A stretch of 64,000 bases of DNA from contig CAVUWV010000014.1 of NCBI GenBank assembly GCA_963745075.1, positions 1 through 64,000 on the forward strand, in the 5' to 3' direction. The stretch comes from Candidatus Hydrogenedentota bacterium. GTDB lineage: Bacteria > Hydrogenedentota > Hydrogenedentia > Hydrogenedentales > SLHB01. A program made the position numbers and the translations under genes. Shown here piece after piece: positions 41,433-49,278 of this stretch (within the stretch, counting starts at the first letter, position 1; every line of letters starts with the position of its first letter). The notes below the pieces were generated by a model that saw only the letters and a list, made by a program, of their open reading frames with translations, made no database searches and was not told where the DNA came from.

Positions 41433-42530
41433 ATGCCCAATCAACACGACCGCGATTGGAAGACGCCCTTCCGGATTCTGGCAACCATGAGTTTGATCCT
41501 GGCCATTCTCTCGTGCCCGCTCTTCTGGGTCGGACTCTGGATCGCATTGGGATATGTACCGAAGCCGGTGTCGGCCCTTCTCGCGAACCTGCCGCTTATG
41601 GGGACCGTATCGTTGGGCATGGCCCTCTCCGCTATCGTGGCTGGTCACATGGCCGTCGCCATGAGTAGACGCGCCTCGAGAGTCCGTGGGAGGGTGTGGC
41701 ATATCCGGTTCATAATCTTCCTGGGTTACGTGAACGTCGCCCTGATCGGTCTTGTCGCATTTGCCTACTTCAACAAGGGCCGCCCGAATGCGGACATGGT
41801 GGCCTGTGAAGGGAATCTCAGGCAGATGCAAACCGTGCTCCGCGAATACCGGGAGGCGAACCCAGGTAGATTCCCGCCGATGTCCCCGCGGCCCGGCGTG
41901 TTGATGTTCACGCCGGAAGCGATCCCACCGGAACGCTTCCCGAACCGCTTCTCCAAAGGGCTCCCGTTTACGTGTCCGACGATTCGCTCCGCTAGGACAC
42001 TTTGGATCACCCCAACCCCGGACAATACCGAGAGCGCGTACGATGATCAGAGCTACTTCTACCTGGGTTATGCCGTGTTCAACGACGACGATGTCGAGGC
42101 GTTTGCGAAGGCATATCGCAAGCGAATCGCGGAAGGTGGAACGTTTGACGATGACCTGATAGTGGAAGATGGCAACGGAACGCGGGTTCTCCACCGGCTG
42201 TCCGATCCGGTGCTCGTCCAGTATTGGGTCACCCATCAGGAAGATAAACTTCCGCATGTAACGAATCCGATTGAAGCGTTTGCGCCCTCGCTTGAGGGCA
42301 ATCAAGTGGTGGCTTACCAAACCGTCGGCGTGGCTCCCACGGACGACGTTCCCCTCCTCATCGAGCGCGACCGGGACCACGTGTATACGGACTGGGGACC
42401 GCCCGCTCCTCGTGGCGCCCACGTCCTCTACGCGTATCACGGCGTTCAGTTCATCGAGCGCGGCACCTGGCCCATGACGGAAAAGACGCAGCGCATCCTC
42501 GCGGAACTTGCCGAGTTGGAGGCGCCGTAG
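41433..42530 (+). CDS. Membrane protein with 3 TM helices and a pilin-like/DUF1559-type cargo domain
   Basis: N-terminal TM helices, then CEGNLRQMQTVLREY…FPP, FTCP, SYFYLGY, and C-terminal GAHVLYAYHGVQF resembling the H-X9-DG C-terminal motif. Confidence 0.6.
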   Translation: MPNQHDRDWKTPFRILATMSLILAILSCPLFWVGLWIALGYVPKPVSALLANLPLMGTVSLGMALSAIVAGHMAVAMSRRASRVRGRVWHIRFIIFLGYVNVALIGLVAFAYFNKGRPNADMVACEGNLRQMQTVLREYREANPGRFPPMSPRPGVLMFTPEAIPPERFPNRFSKGLPFTCPTIRSARTLWITPTPDNTESAYDDQSYFYLGYAVFNDDDVEAFAKAYRKRIAEGGTFDDDLIVEDGNGTRVLHRLSDPVLVQYWVTHQEDKLPHVTNPIEAFAPSLEGNQVVAYQTVGVAPTDDVPLLIERDRDHVYTDWGPPAPRGAHVLYAYHGVQFIERGTWPMTEKTQRILAELAELEAP

Positions 42531-42600
42531 AGTGGGTCGTGCGCTTGGAAACATATGAGCAGAGGTGTAAGAGGAGATTGGATGCGGCCCGCGGTTTACG

Positions 42601-42906
42601 CTACACGTTGTTATCCGCGATGGGCAGCCTCAATTCTCGGGCTGCGTGATGCACGGTTAGAATCTGAGCTTCGCCGGGCTGAAGTCTGTAGATGATCCGA
42701 TAATTTCCCAGAATGATTTCTCGAAAGGAAGGATCGCTCACTTCAGGAACGATACGTCCTGATTCGGGGAAGTCTGCCAAGCGATCCACGGCATCGAATG
42801 CTCGTTCCGCGAATACGGAAGCAATAGGCGGTGCGTCGCGAGCGATGAATAGGCAGATGGCCTCCAGATCATCCAGGGCTTGCGGTGTCCACTTTACTGC
42901 AGCCAT
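42601..42906 (-). CDS. RelE/ParE family type II toxin
   Basis: VKWTPQALDDLEAI..FIARDAP…LADFPESGRIVPE…REIILGNYRIIYR…ILTVHH. Confidence 0.9.
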   Translation of the reverse strand: MAAVKWTPQALDDLEAICLFIARDAPPIASVFAERAFDAVDRLADFPESGRIVPEVSDPSFREIILGNYRIIYRLQPGEAQILTVHHAARELRLPIADNNV

Positions 42907-43076
42907 TTCGCCATACGCTGACGTGCCTCGTCCTGGCTGATCAGCCGGCCGGCATCAGCCTGCTCGACGCCCTTATCAATCTTGTAGAGCAGATAGAGGC
43001 GTTCCAAAGCGTCCGCGACGTTCGCGTCCTCGGGCAAGTCTTCGATGGCCTTCAACATCTGTTGCTTTGTATGCAC
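42894..43076 (-). CDS. Cognate antitoxin (60 aa) of the RelE/ParE toxin
   Basis: GTG with RBS GAGGA; TKQQMLKAIEDLPEDA…KIDKGVEQADAGRLISQDEARQRMAKW; overlaps the toxin start. Confidence 0.8.
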   Translation of the reverse strand: MHTKQQMLKAIEDLPEDANVADALERLYLLYKIDKGVEQADAGRLISQDEARQRMAKWLQ

Positions 43077-43171
43077 AGTGCATTCCTCACGTGGTTGCAG
43101 AGCAAGCTTAGCAGGCCGCCCTTCGGATCGGCAACATGGTACAGGTTGCGGGTCTCGGCCTGAAACCAACG

Positions 43172-43489
43172 TCACGTCAGGCGAACGGGCACGACATCTC
43201 GCGTCCACGGATACGCGTCGTGAATCTCTCGAGCGGCCGTGTCTTCGGAATCGTAGATGCTGGCTCCCCCCGAATACTCCATCCAGCACAGCGCGTATTG
43301 GTCATTGCTGAAATACTCGGAACGACTCCCAAATGTGCCGTCCGGATTCGCTATCAAGAAGATTCGTAACGTGCGATCGGTACTTGTCCAACGCGCTAAA
43401 GGCCTTTTGCCGTTTGCAAAGTTGGGCCAGTCGTCGCAACGCGGTTGACTTGACCCCAAGCCCTTTTTCTTTCCGAACGGCCAAAACAT
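43172..43489 (-). CDS. Hypothetical protein (105 aa)
   Basis: MFWPFGKKK start, fills the gap co-directionally, aromatic-rich globular composition. Confidence 0.55.
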   Translation of the reverse strand: MFWPFGKKKGLGSSQPRCDDWPNFANGKRPLARWTSTDRTLRIFLIANPDGTFGSRSEYFSNDQYALCWMEYSGGASIYDSEDTAAREIHDAYPWTRDVVPVRLT

Positions 43490-43542
43490 TTTACAAGTCC
43501 AATTCGGTTACCGACTAACGTCGCAAGCCTAAAATGGATTGA

Positions 43543-43845
43543 CTAACAATAGTCCTCGGGTTGGAGTCCCTGGTGCCGGATCTCCTCATCAGAAGCGGGA
43601 GTAAACTCAGAGAATCCATGCCGACCGCACGCGGTACAACAGTCTTTCTCACTGCACGTCGCTGATGCACGAACGTTGTGCATATCGAGGAATACGGTAC
43701 CGTCTTCGCAGCAGATTGCCACAAGCCGAGAACATCCCGGGCAAATACGAAGAACTAGCGACTCGCCCTGTTCACAGACCGGGCAGATCGCCTTGAGGGT
43801 CCAAATCGGTCTATCGATCTCCACGGTCTCATGCCTCTCGAACAT
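43543..43845 (-). CDS. Small Cys-rich (zinc-ribbon-like) protein
   Basis: CPVC, CPGC, CCED, CTAC motifs in about 100 aa. Confidence 0.6.
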   Translation of the reverse strand: MFERHETVEIDRPIWTLKAICPVCEQGESLVLRICPGCSRLVAICCEDGTVFLDMHNVRASATCSEKDCCTACGRHGFSEFTPASDEEIRHQGLQPEDYC

Positions 43846-43878
43846 ACGCTGCCGCCGGTTCGCCACGAGGAGCTGCGT

Positions 43879-44130
43879 TCAGGAGGCGTCTAGTTTCTCG
43901 CTGACCCACTCCTTGAGAACGTCCGTGTCCGTCATACCCCTGCTCTGGGCGATTCTGTGTAGCGCGTCGGCTTCTTTGTGGTCAAGAGAGACCTGCACGA
44001 CGATCCGGTCTTCGCGATCGAATACGGTCTCTGCAATCTCCAGCAATTCGTCTTCGAAATCAGTGATGTCGTGCGTGTCCCAGAACCGGGCCATTTCCTC
44101 AACTGCGTCCGTCTGTGGAATTTGTGTCAT
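43879..44130 (-). CDS. brnA: BrnA/CopG-like antitoxin
   Basis: EEMARFWDTHDITDF…ADALHRIAQSRGMTDTDVLKEWVSEKL; ATGA overlap with the toxin gene. Confidence 0.78.
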   Translation of the reverse strand: MTQIPQTDAVEEMARFWDTHDITDFEDELLEIAETVFDREDRIVVQVSLDHKEADALHRIAQSRGMTDTDVLKEWVSEKLDAS

Positions 44131-44408
44131 CTCTTCCTCTGTTTGAATCGCCTTTTCTCGGCGTCCGTCATCGGTCGTGCCGTGACCGGATACCCGTTGC
44201 CTTTAGGAAATTGTATCACAACGCAGAAAAGATACTGCCCTGCGATGGTCCGTCCAAGGACGTAATAGACTGGATTCCGGTCTTCGGATCGGGCACGCAG
44301 CACGAGCGGATGGCCGAAGCAGACCTCCTCGACATCGTGTGGCCGGATGCCGTGTTTCGCGATATGCTCAACGCGATCTTGTGGCCCTATCAACTCACGG
44401 ATCACCAT
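44127..44408 (-). CDS. brnT: BrnT family toxin
   Basis: EHIAKHGIRPHDVEEVCF…YYVLGRTIAGQYLFCVV…VTARPMTDAEKRRF. Confidence 0.82.
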   Translation of the reverse strand: MVIRELIGPQDRVEHIAKHGIRPHDVEEVCFGHPLVLRARSEDRNPVYYVLGRTIAGQYLFCVVIQFPKGNGYPVTARPMTDAEKRRFKQRKR

Positions 44409-44485
44409 AGCGGAATGGTTCTTCCGCCGTCTGAATTCCGCAAGAGCGGTGTTTGGGATTAAGCCGCCCCAAATCGGAGCACGTT

Positions 44486-44822
44486 CTATCGGGCCGGCCG
44501 CTTGAGAACGTAGAACGTGTCGCCTAGCCGTAACCAGTTCCCACCCGTCGGCGCCGAGTTCATTGAGTGCGTCCTCAATCTGGCTCTCGACTTCGGACAT
44601 CATTGCCGCACTTCCCTGGGGCGTGATCTGGGGAATTTGCGACGGCGAGTCCTTCTGCATCTGTTCATTCACCTGCATCGCGGCTTGCTGGACCAACGTG
44701 AAATGACTGAACACCTTGTACTCAAACCCCGCGTGCCCGCGGCTTGACGGCGTCGCTCCGACGAATACACACGCGGCAAACAAGAATGTGAGCAGTTTGT
44801 GTAGCTTGAACGTCTGTCTCAT
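44486..44822 (-). CDS. DUF4177-like small exported protein (frameshift at about 44525 makes it appear fused to BrnT)
   Basis: Signal peptide, FEYKV…EDALNELGADGWELV, and the typical ending GDTFYVLKRPAR* in a shifted frame. Confidence 0.65.
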
Positions 44823-45056
44823 GGTTTCCCTCCCTCTATCGTACTGCCCGGCGAAAGTGCCGGCCCTTTTTTCGAAATTCCGCGCACGTGTCTACCGGTC
44901 GCCCCAATAGTCGAAGACGAGATACTTATTGAGATGGACGGCGAGCGTATCCCAGTACCGTGGAAACGTCGCATTGCGTTGTTTTCATCTGTGTTACTCG
45001 CAGTAGAAGTTCTGAATCTCCATCACAACATGTCACGACCACGTACCGATTCCGCC

Positions 45057-45154
45057 GCCCTTACAGGGCTTGATTGCGAGGGGATCCTTGGACCCAGGGT
45101 TCCGCTCGTGCCTCGCTCCACCCCGGGCTACTATCGAGTCGCCCCGTCCGGGGC
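45057..45154. repeat. REP-like palindromic element
   Basis: GCCCTTACAGGGC (45057-45069)…ACCCAGGG…CCCCGGGCTA…GCCCCGTCCGGGGC (45141-45154); the 3' part recurs at 45316-45348 and CCCTTACAGGG…GACCCAGGGT recurs at 46829-46870. Confidence 0.65.
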
Positions 45155-45159
45155 TGACG

Positions 45160-45258
45160 CAACGTCCATCCCGTCTCTGAGCCGTGGACCGTCAACGTCC
45201 ATCCCGTCTCTGAACCGTGGACCGTCAACGTCCATCCCGTCTCTGAACCGTGGACCCT
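45160..45258. repeat. Tandem repeat, 3 x 33 bp
   Basis: Unit CAACGTCCATCCCGTCTCTGA(G/A)CCGTGGACC(G/C)T starting at 45160, 45193 and 45226, with no spacers. Confidence 0.9.
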
Positions 45259-45525
45259 CAATAATCCGGTTTTCATCTGCGGACCCGTTCTATCATTGGT
45301 TGCGGCTCTGCCGCGCTGGGCTACGGGACGGGCCGCCCCGTCCGGGGCTGCACGCAGGCACCCGGCCAGGCGGACGGGCCTCGGACTAGGACTCGACGAA
45401 GTCGTTTTGGCCATTCCGATCCGGGTCATTGGGAATTGTCTCGGATTTCGTGCTTCGAATTCTGGCTTTGGACGCGGCTGCGCCTCGTTGTGCATGCCTA
45501 TACCGTCTGCGGTCAGGATGAACGC

Positions 45526-45738
45526 TCACGGTGACGGCTTCTCCAGGATTTCCGTATCGGACGGCTTTGGTTGGCTGTATTGTTTGACTTTCTTGAGGTT
45601 CTCCCGGTACTGCCGGTCAAACTCGGTTTCACCGAAGAAGGTGTGCCAAACGAATGTAAGGAACGTCACGAACAGTAGCGCGAGGATGGATAATCCGACT
45701 ACGGTCAGAATCAACGCGAACTTCAAGCCGTTGTCCAT
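45526..45738 (-). CDS. Small single-TM protein (70 aa), paralog of 24544-24765
   Basis: TM helix followed by TEFDRQYRENLKKVK. Confidence 0.65.
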   Translation of the reverse strand: MDNGLKFALILTVVGLSILALLFVTFLTFVWHTFFGETEFDRQYRENLKKVKQYSQPKPSDTEILEKPSP

Positions 45739-45813
45739 GTGCGATCCCCCGGATTTCGACACGATGACTTTGTAGCAGCAGAGGCGCCTGTGACTGCCCC
45801 TCCCGCGCATAGG

Positions 45814-46572
45814 TCAATGTCGACCGTCCTCTTCTTCTGCTTGCGCTGTCCGGGCTTGTTCGGCCCCGGCTGCGTCGGGTCGCCGCTCGCCATACCGAAC
45901 GTCCAGCCCTTCCCGCCGCTGGATGGATTTCCGTCCACCCAATGCCATTCGCGCCATAGTCCCGAGGATCTCGCGCGCCGAGTGGGCGCGGAGTTTTCGG
46001 CCGGACGTCGTCACGTACTCGCGCAGGACGACAAACCGGCCGTGACGGCGCAGCGCCCAGCTCATGGCGGCTTCTTCGGCGGCGAAGAGGCGCTCGTCGA
46101 AGCCGCCGGTCGCGAGGAAAGCGTCGCGGGTGCAGAACAGGAAGCACCCGCTCGCTAGCCTTAGGACGCGGTAAATGGGGACGGCCACTGTCATCATGAT
46201 ACGGCCATAGAGGGGCACCGGGCCATCGAGGCGGAACGCGCAGCCGCCGCCCGCCGCGCCCTGACGCATGGCCTCGACCGCCCCACGAACCGCCGCCTCG
46301 GTGACAACGGTGTCCGCATCGACGAAGATGAACATCTCGCCGTTCGCTGCGTGTCCCCCGGCGTTACGGGTCGCCGCGATTTGCCGGCGGTTCACGTGGA
46401 TTACTCGGGCGCCGTGTTCTTCGGCGATCGCGGCCGTGCGATCCGTAGATGCGTCGTCCACGACGAATATTTCGAAAGGCTCCCCCAGCGCACGCGCAGC
46501 CACATCGAGCGCGTTCAACGTGCGACCGAGGAGCTGCTCCTCGTTATGGGCGGGGATGACGAAGGAAATCAT
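45814..46572 (-). CDS. Glycosyltransferase family 2
   Basis: ISFVIPAHNEE, VVDDASTD, TRNAG, FVDAD, GGFDE, TTSGRK. Confidence 0.92.
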   Translation of the reverse strand: MISFVIPAHNEEQLLGRTLNALDVAARALGEPFEIFVVDDASTDRTAAIAEEHGARVIHVNRRQIAATRNAGGHAANGEMFIFVDADTVVTEAAVRGAVEAMRQGAAGGGCAFRLDGPVPLYGRIMMTVAVPIYRVLRLASGCFLFCTRDAFLATGGFDERLFAAEEAAMSWALRRHGRFVVLREYVTTSGRKLRAHSAREILGTMARMALGGRKSIQRREGLDVRYGERRPDAAGAEQARTAQAEEEDGRH

Positions 46573-46700
46573 GACGATTCGCTACCAATCCTTGTTCTTG
46601 GCGAACGATACCGACTTGCTTCTCTCTGTCGTCCTTTGGATGTCTCAACACGTCATTATATCTTTAGCGACAGATGGAAGCGGCGTTGAGCCGCTGAAAT

Positions 46701-46936
46701 GGCCTTAAAGGCCTGCGTACCCATAGCTCCGGCTTGGCCGAGGCGAAGCGAGGACTAGCCGGGGTCCCAGAGTCCAATCACGTCGTGATTCCCTGAAAGG
46801 GATACATAGTGCGCGGGATTCTATGTAACCCTTACAGGGTATTGGGAATCAGGGGATTTTGACCCAGGGTAGGCCTTGCTGCGCGGCGGCCAATCACGCT
46901 TGCGGCGTGACTGTGAGTATTTTGGCCCTTCAGGCC
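46701..46936. repeat. REPIN-like nested imperfect inverted repeat (~236 bp)
   Basis: Ends GGCCTTAAAGGCC / GGCCCTTCAGGCC; inner arms CCCTGAAAGGGATACATAG (46791-46809) and CTATGTAACCCTTACAGGG (46821-46839) are reverse complements with 2 mismatches. Confidence 0.7.
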
Positions 46937-47048
46937 ACCGTGAGTCACATCGTCGACGAGGAAGGTATGCATTACTTTGCCCCGGAGAGTACCGATGAAC
47001 TGTGTGGCGCGGTTGGCCTAGCAGGCGAAGTTATCCGTCGGTGCAAAC

Positions 47049-48233
47049 TTATCCGGCTTCCACCATCTCCTCCGCCAGCCGCCAGACGTTCTGCAACATG
47101 CGCGGCAAATGGAACGCGGTTTTCCATTTGCTGCCCTTAACGGTGTTGGCGAGGGATCCGTCGTGATGGAGGTAGCCGAACCATTCGCCGTGGGTGAAGT
47201 CGGGGAAATGGGCGAAGGCGTAGGCGTCGATCTTCTCGAAGTTCTGCCAATAACGATTTTCGCCGGTGAGGTGGTAGGCGAGAAGGTTGGCGTAGAGGGC
47301 TTCGCAATGGACCCACCAGAGTTTCATGTCGTGTTCGTAGGGTTCCGGCGGTTTGCCGTCGATGTCGACGAAGTACAGGATGCCGCCGTATTCGTCGTCC
47401 CAGCCGAGGTCCATGGAGTAATCGATGATGGGCAGGGCGGACGCGATGAGATCGGCGTCGTTCCGGTGGCGGGCCTCTTCGAGGAGGAACCACGCGGTTT
47501 CGAGGGCGTGACCGGGGTTGATGCAACGGCCTTCGGGGATGTCGAGTAACAGTTCGCCGTCGGGTCCGACGGTTTCGAAGAGCGCGCGCTTCTCGTGGTT
47601 TAGGAAATGAGTCAGCACTTCATGGATGCAGCGGTCGATGATGGATGTATAGAAGGGGTCGTCGCCGTTGCGGCGCAGCACTTGCGTCATGGCGATGACG
47701 ATCATGGGCATGGCGTGGGATTTTGAAGGGCGCGTGGGGTAGAACTTCGGCGGCATGGACGCGTCCGGCGCGTCGTTGAGTTCGATGATTTTTTGGTAGA
47801 GGGTCCGCGCGCGTTCGACGGCGGACGTGTCACCGGCTGCCTTCCCGTATTCCGACAAGGCGATAACCCCGAAGGTTTCCGTGAATAGGTAGCGCCGCTT
47901 GCGCAAGGGGCGTCCGTCGCGCGTGACGGTATAAAACATGCGACCGTCCGTGTCGAACCCGTGCTTCAACATGAATTCATACCCGAGCCGCGCGAAGTCC
48001 AGCCATTCCGGCCGCGGCTTGACGTCGTTGTAGACCTTCGAATACATCCACACCGTGCGGGCGATCATCCAGAAGCACTTGTCCGTCGACACCACCGATC
48101 CGTCCGCGTCGATATGGTGCAGGTATCCCCCCATTTCGTCGTCGCGGATGTGCCGCATCCAAAAGGGGAGGACGTCGTTCAGGAGCGTATCCCGGTAGCG
48201 GTCGCGTAGTTCGGAAAAGCGTTGCGTATTCAC
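47049..48233 (-). CDS. N-acylglucosamine 2-epimerase (AGE) family protein
   Basis: VLPFW, KCFWMIARTVW, RKRRYLFTETF, GRCINPGHALETAWF, GWDDEYGG, MKLWWVHCEA, GEWFGYL, KWKTAFHLPR. Confidence 0.92.
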   Translation of the reverse strand: MNTQRFSELRDRYRDTLLNDVLPFWMRHIRDDEMGGYLHHIDADGSVVSTDKCFWMIARTVWMYSKVYNDVKPRPEWLDFARLGYEFMLKHGFDTDGRMFYTVTRDGRPLRKRRYLFTETFGVIALSEYGKAAGDTSAVERARTLYQKIIELNDAPDASMPPKFYPTRPSKSHAMPMIVIAMTQVLRRNGDDPFYTSIIDRCIHEVLTHFLNHEKRALFETVGPDGELLLDIPEGRCINPGHALETAWFLLEEARHRNDADLIASALPIIDYSMDLGWDDEYGGILYFVDIDGKPPEPYEHDMKLWWVHCEALYANLLAYHLTGENRYWQNFEKIDAYAFAHFPDFTHGEWFGYLHHDGSLANTVKGSKWKTAFHLPRMLQNVWRLAEEMVEAG

Positions 48234-48485
48234 GTAGTTGCTCCACGTCAAAAAAGATGGCACTCGTGCTGTCTATGTTACTCCATCGGCAGGGTACTTG
48301 ACTGGAGCCAAAATACCAAAGATGGATTCCGAAGCGACGATGGCGTGCGGGATCGGCCATGTTTCTGGTTTCACACTGAGGGTTCCCTCAACGGCTAATC
48401 CTGCTACACTGGAGCGGGTGGGTGGGGTTGCTTTAACTTGCCGCGTACGCTGGTCGTCCGGTTCGAGCCGGACAAGGAGGTATCG

Positions 48486-49160
48486 ATGGTCATTAAACGC
48501 CTCGTTCCGTTCACCCTTCTGCTCGCGCTCACGATTGCACCCAACGCCTTGGCCCACCGGCTGGTTGAAAACGACGGTACCCACGTCGACGCCGCGTCGG
48601 CCCTGGTCGTCACGGAGCCGGATATCTCGCAGCTTATTCTTCACGAAGTGACGGTCGGAAACGAAGAAGTGTGGCTCACGTTTCAAGGGACGGCCGGCGG
48701 CTCCGTTTACCTCCAGCTCGGGGTCCCGGTCATTGACACCCTTTCGGACTACCATCCCGCCGTCGCGCTGGTCGGCCCGGGTCTGCCGGCCGCGATGCTG
48801 CCCTTCGACATACCAAACGGGACCGGCGCAGTGACGTTCAACGCGGCGGACTTCGTGCCCGACTTCTTCTCGGAACCGTTTACCGGTACGGAATCCTGGA
48901 TCTACGTTGAAGAGACGGTCACGCTTCCATCGGACGGAACCTACTACATCGTCGGTTACCACCCCGACCAGACGCCTGGGAAACTCTGGGTGGCGTTTGG
49001 TCAGGAAGAAGTCTTTGGCATTCCGGATATTCTGGCCTATCCAAAGACCCTGCGCGAAGTGCGCGCCTTCCACGAAGTATCTCAAGAACCGCTCGGCATC
49101 ATTCCGCGACTGTTCTTGATGGTGGCCCGCGTGCTGCGTCTGTTTACGTTCTTTTTGTAA
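48486..49160 (+). CDS. Exported hypothetical protein with C-terminal hydrophobic anchor
   Basis: RBS AAGGAGG, signal peptide ending ALA-H, FSEPFTGTES motif, C-terminal hydrophobic/basic tail. Confidence 0.75.
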   Translation: MVIKRLVPFTLLLALTIAPNALAHRLVENDGTHVDAASALVVTEPDISQLILHEVTVGNEEVWLTFQGTAGGSVYLQLGVPVIDTLSDYHPAVALVGPGLPAAMLPFDIPNGTGAVTFNAADFVPDFFSEPFTGTESWIYVEETVTLPSDGTYYIVGYHPDQTPGKLWVAFGQEEVFGIPDILAYPKTLREVRAFHEVSQEPLGIIPRLFLMVARVLRLFTFFL

Positions 49161-49278
49161 ACCCGCGCGATCAAGCGACCTTATCCCGCTGTCTTCGCGG
49201 CGCTTTGCACGCAGAAGGTATTGTTGGGGTCGATGAAGTGACGGCACACGCGAGTCTACGGATTTCGCGTACGATGGC

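Noticed and set aside
44127..44822. Signal peptide/DUF4177-BrnT fusion protein (231-aa ORF)
   Set aside because: The natural DUF4177-type ending (FYVLKRPAR*) sits in a shifted frame and BrnT has its own ATG at 44408; the fusion is best explained by an indel
42601..44822. Integron cassette array
   Set aside because: I could not find paired RYYYAAC…GTTRRRY attC hairpins at gene boundaries, and the integrase at 62566 is an arm-binding phage/island type rather than IntI; IntegronFinder would settle it
45160..45258. 33-bp repeats as a CRISPR array
   Set aside because: Units are directly adjacent with no spacers, and no cas genes are present in the window
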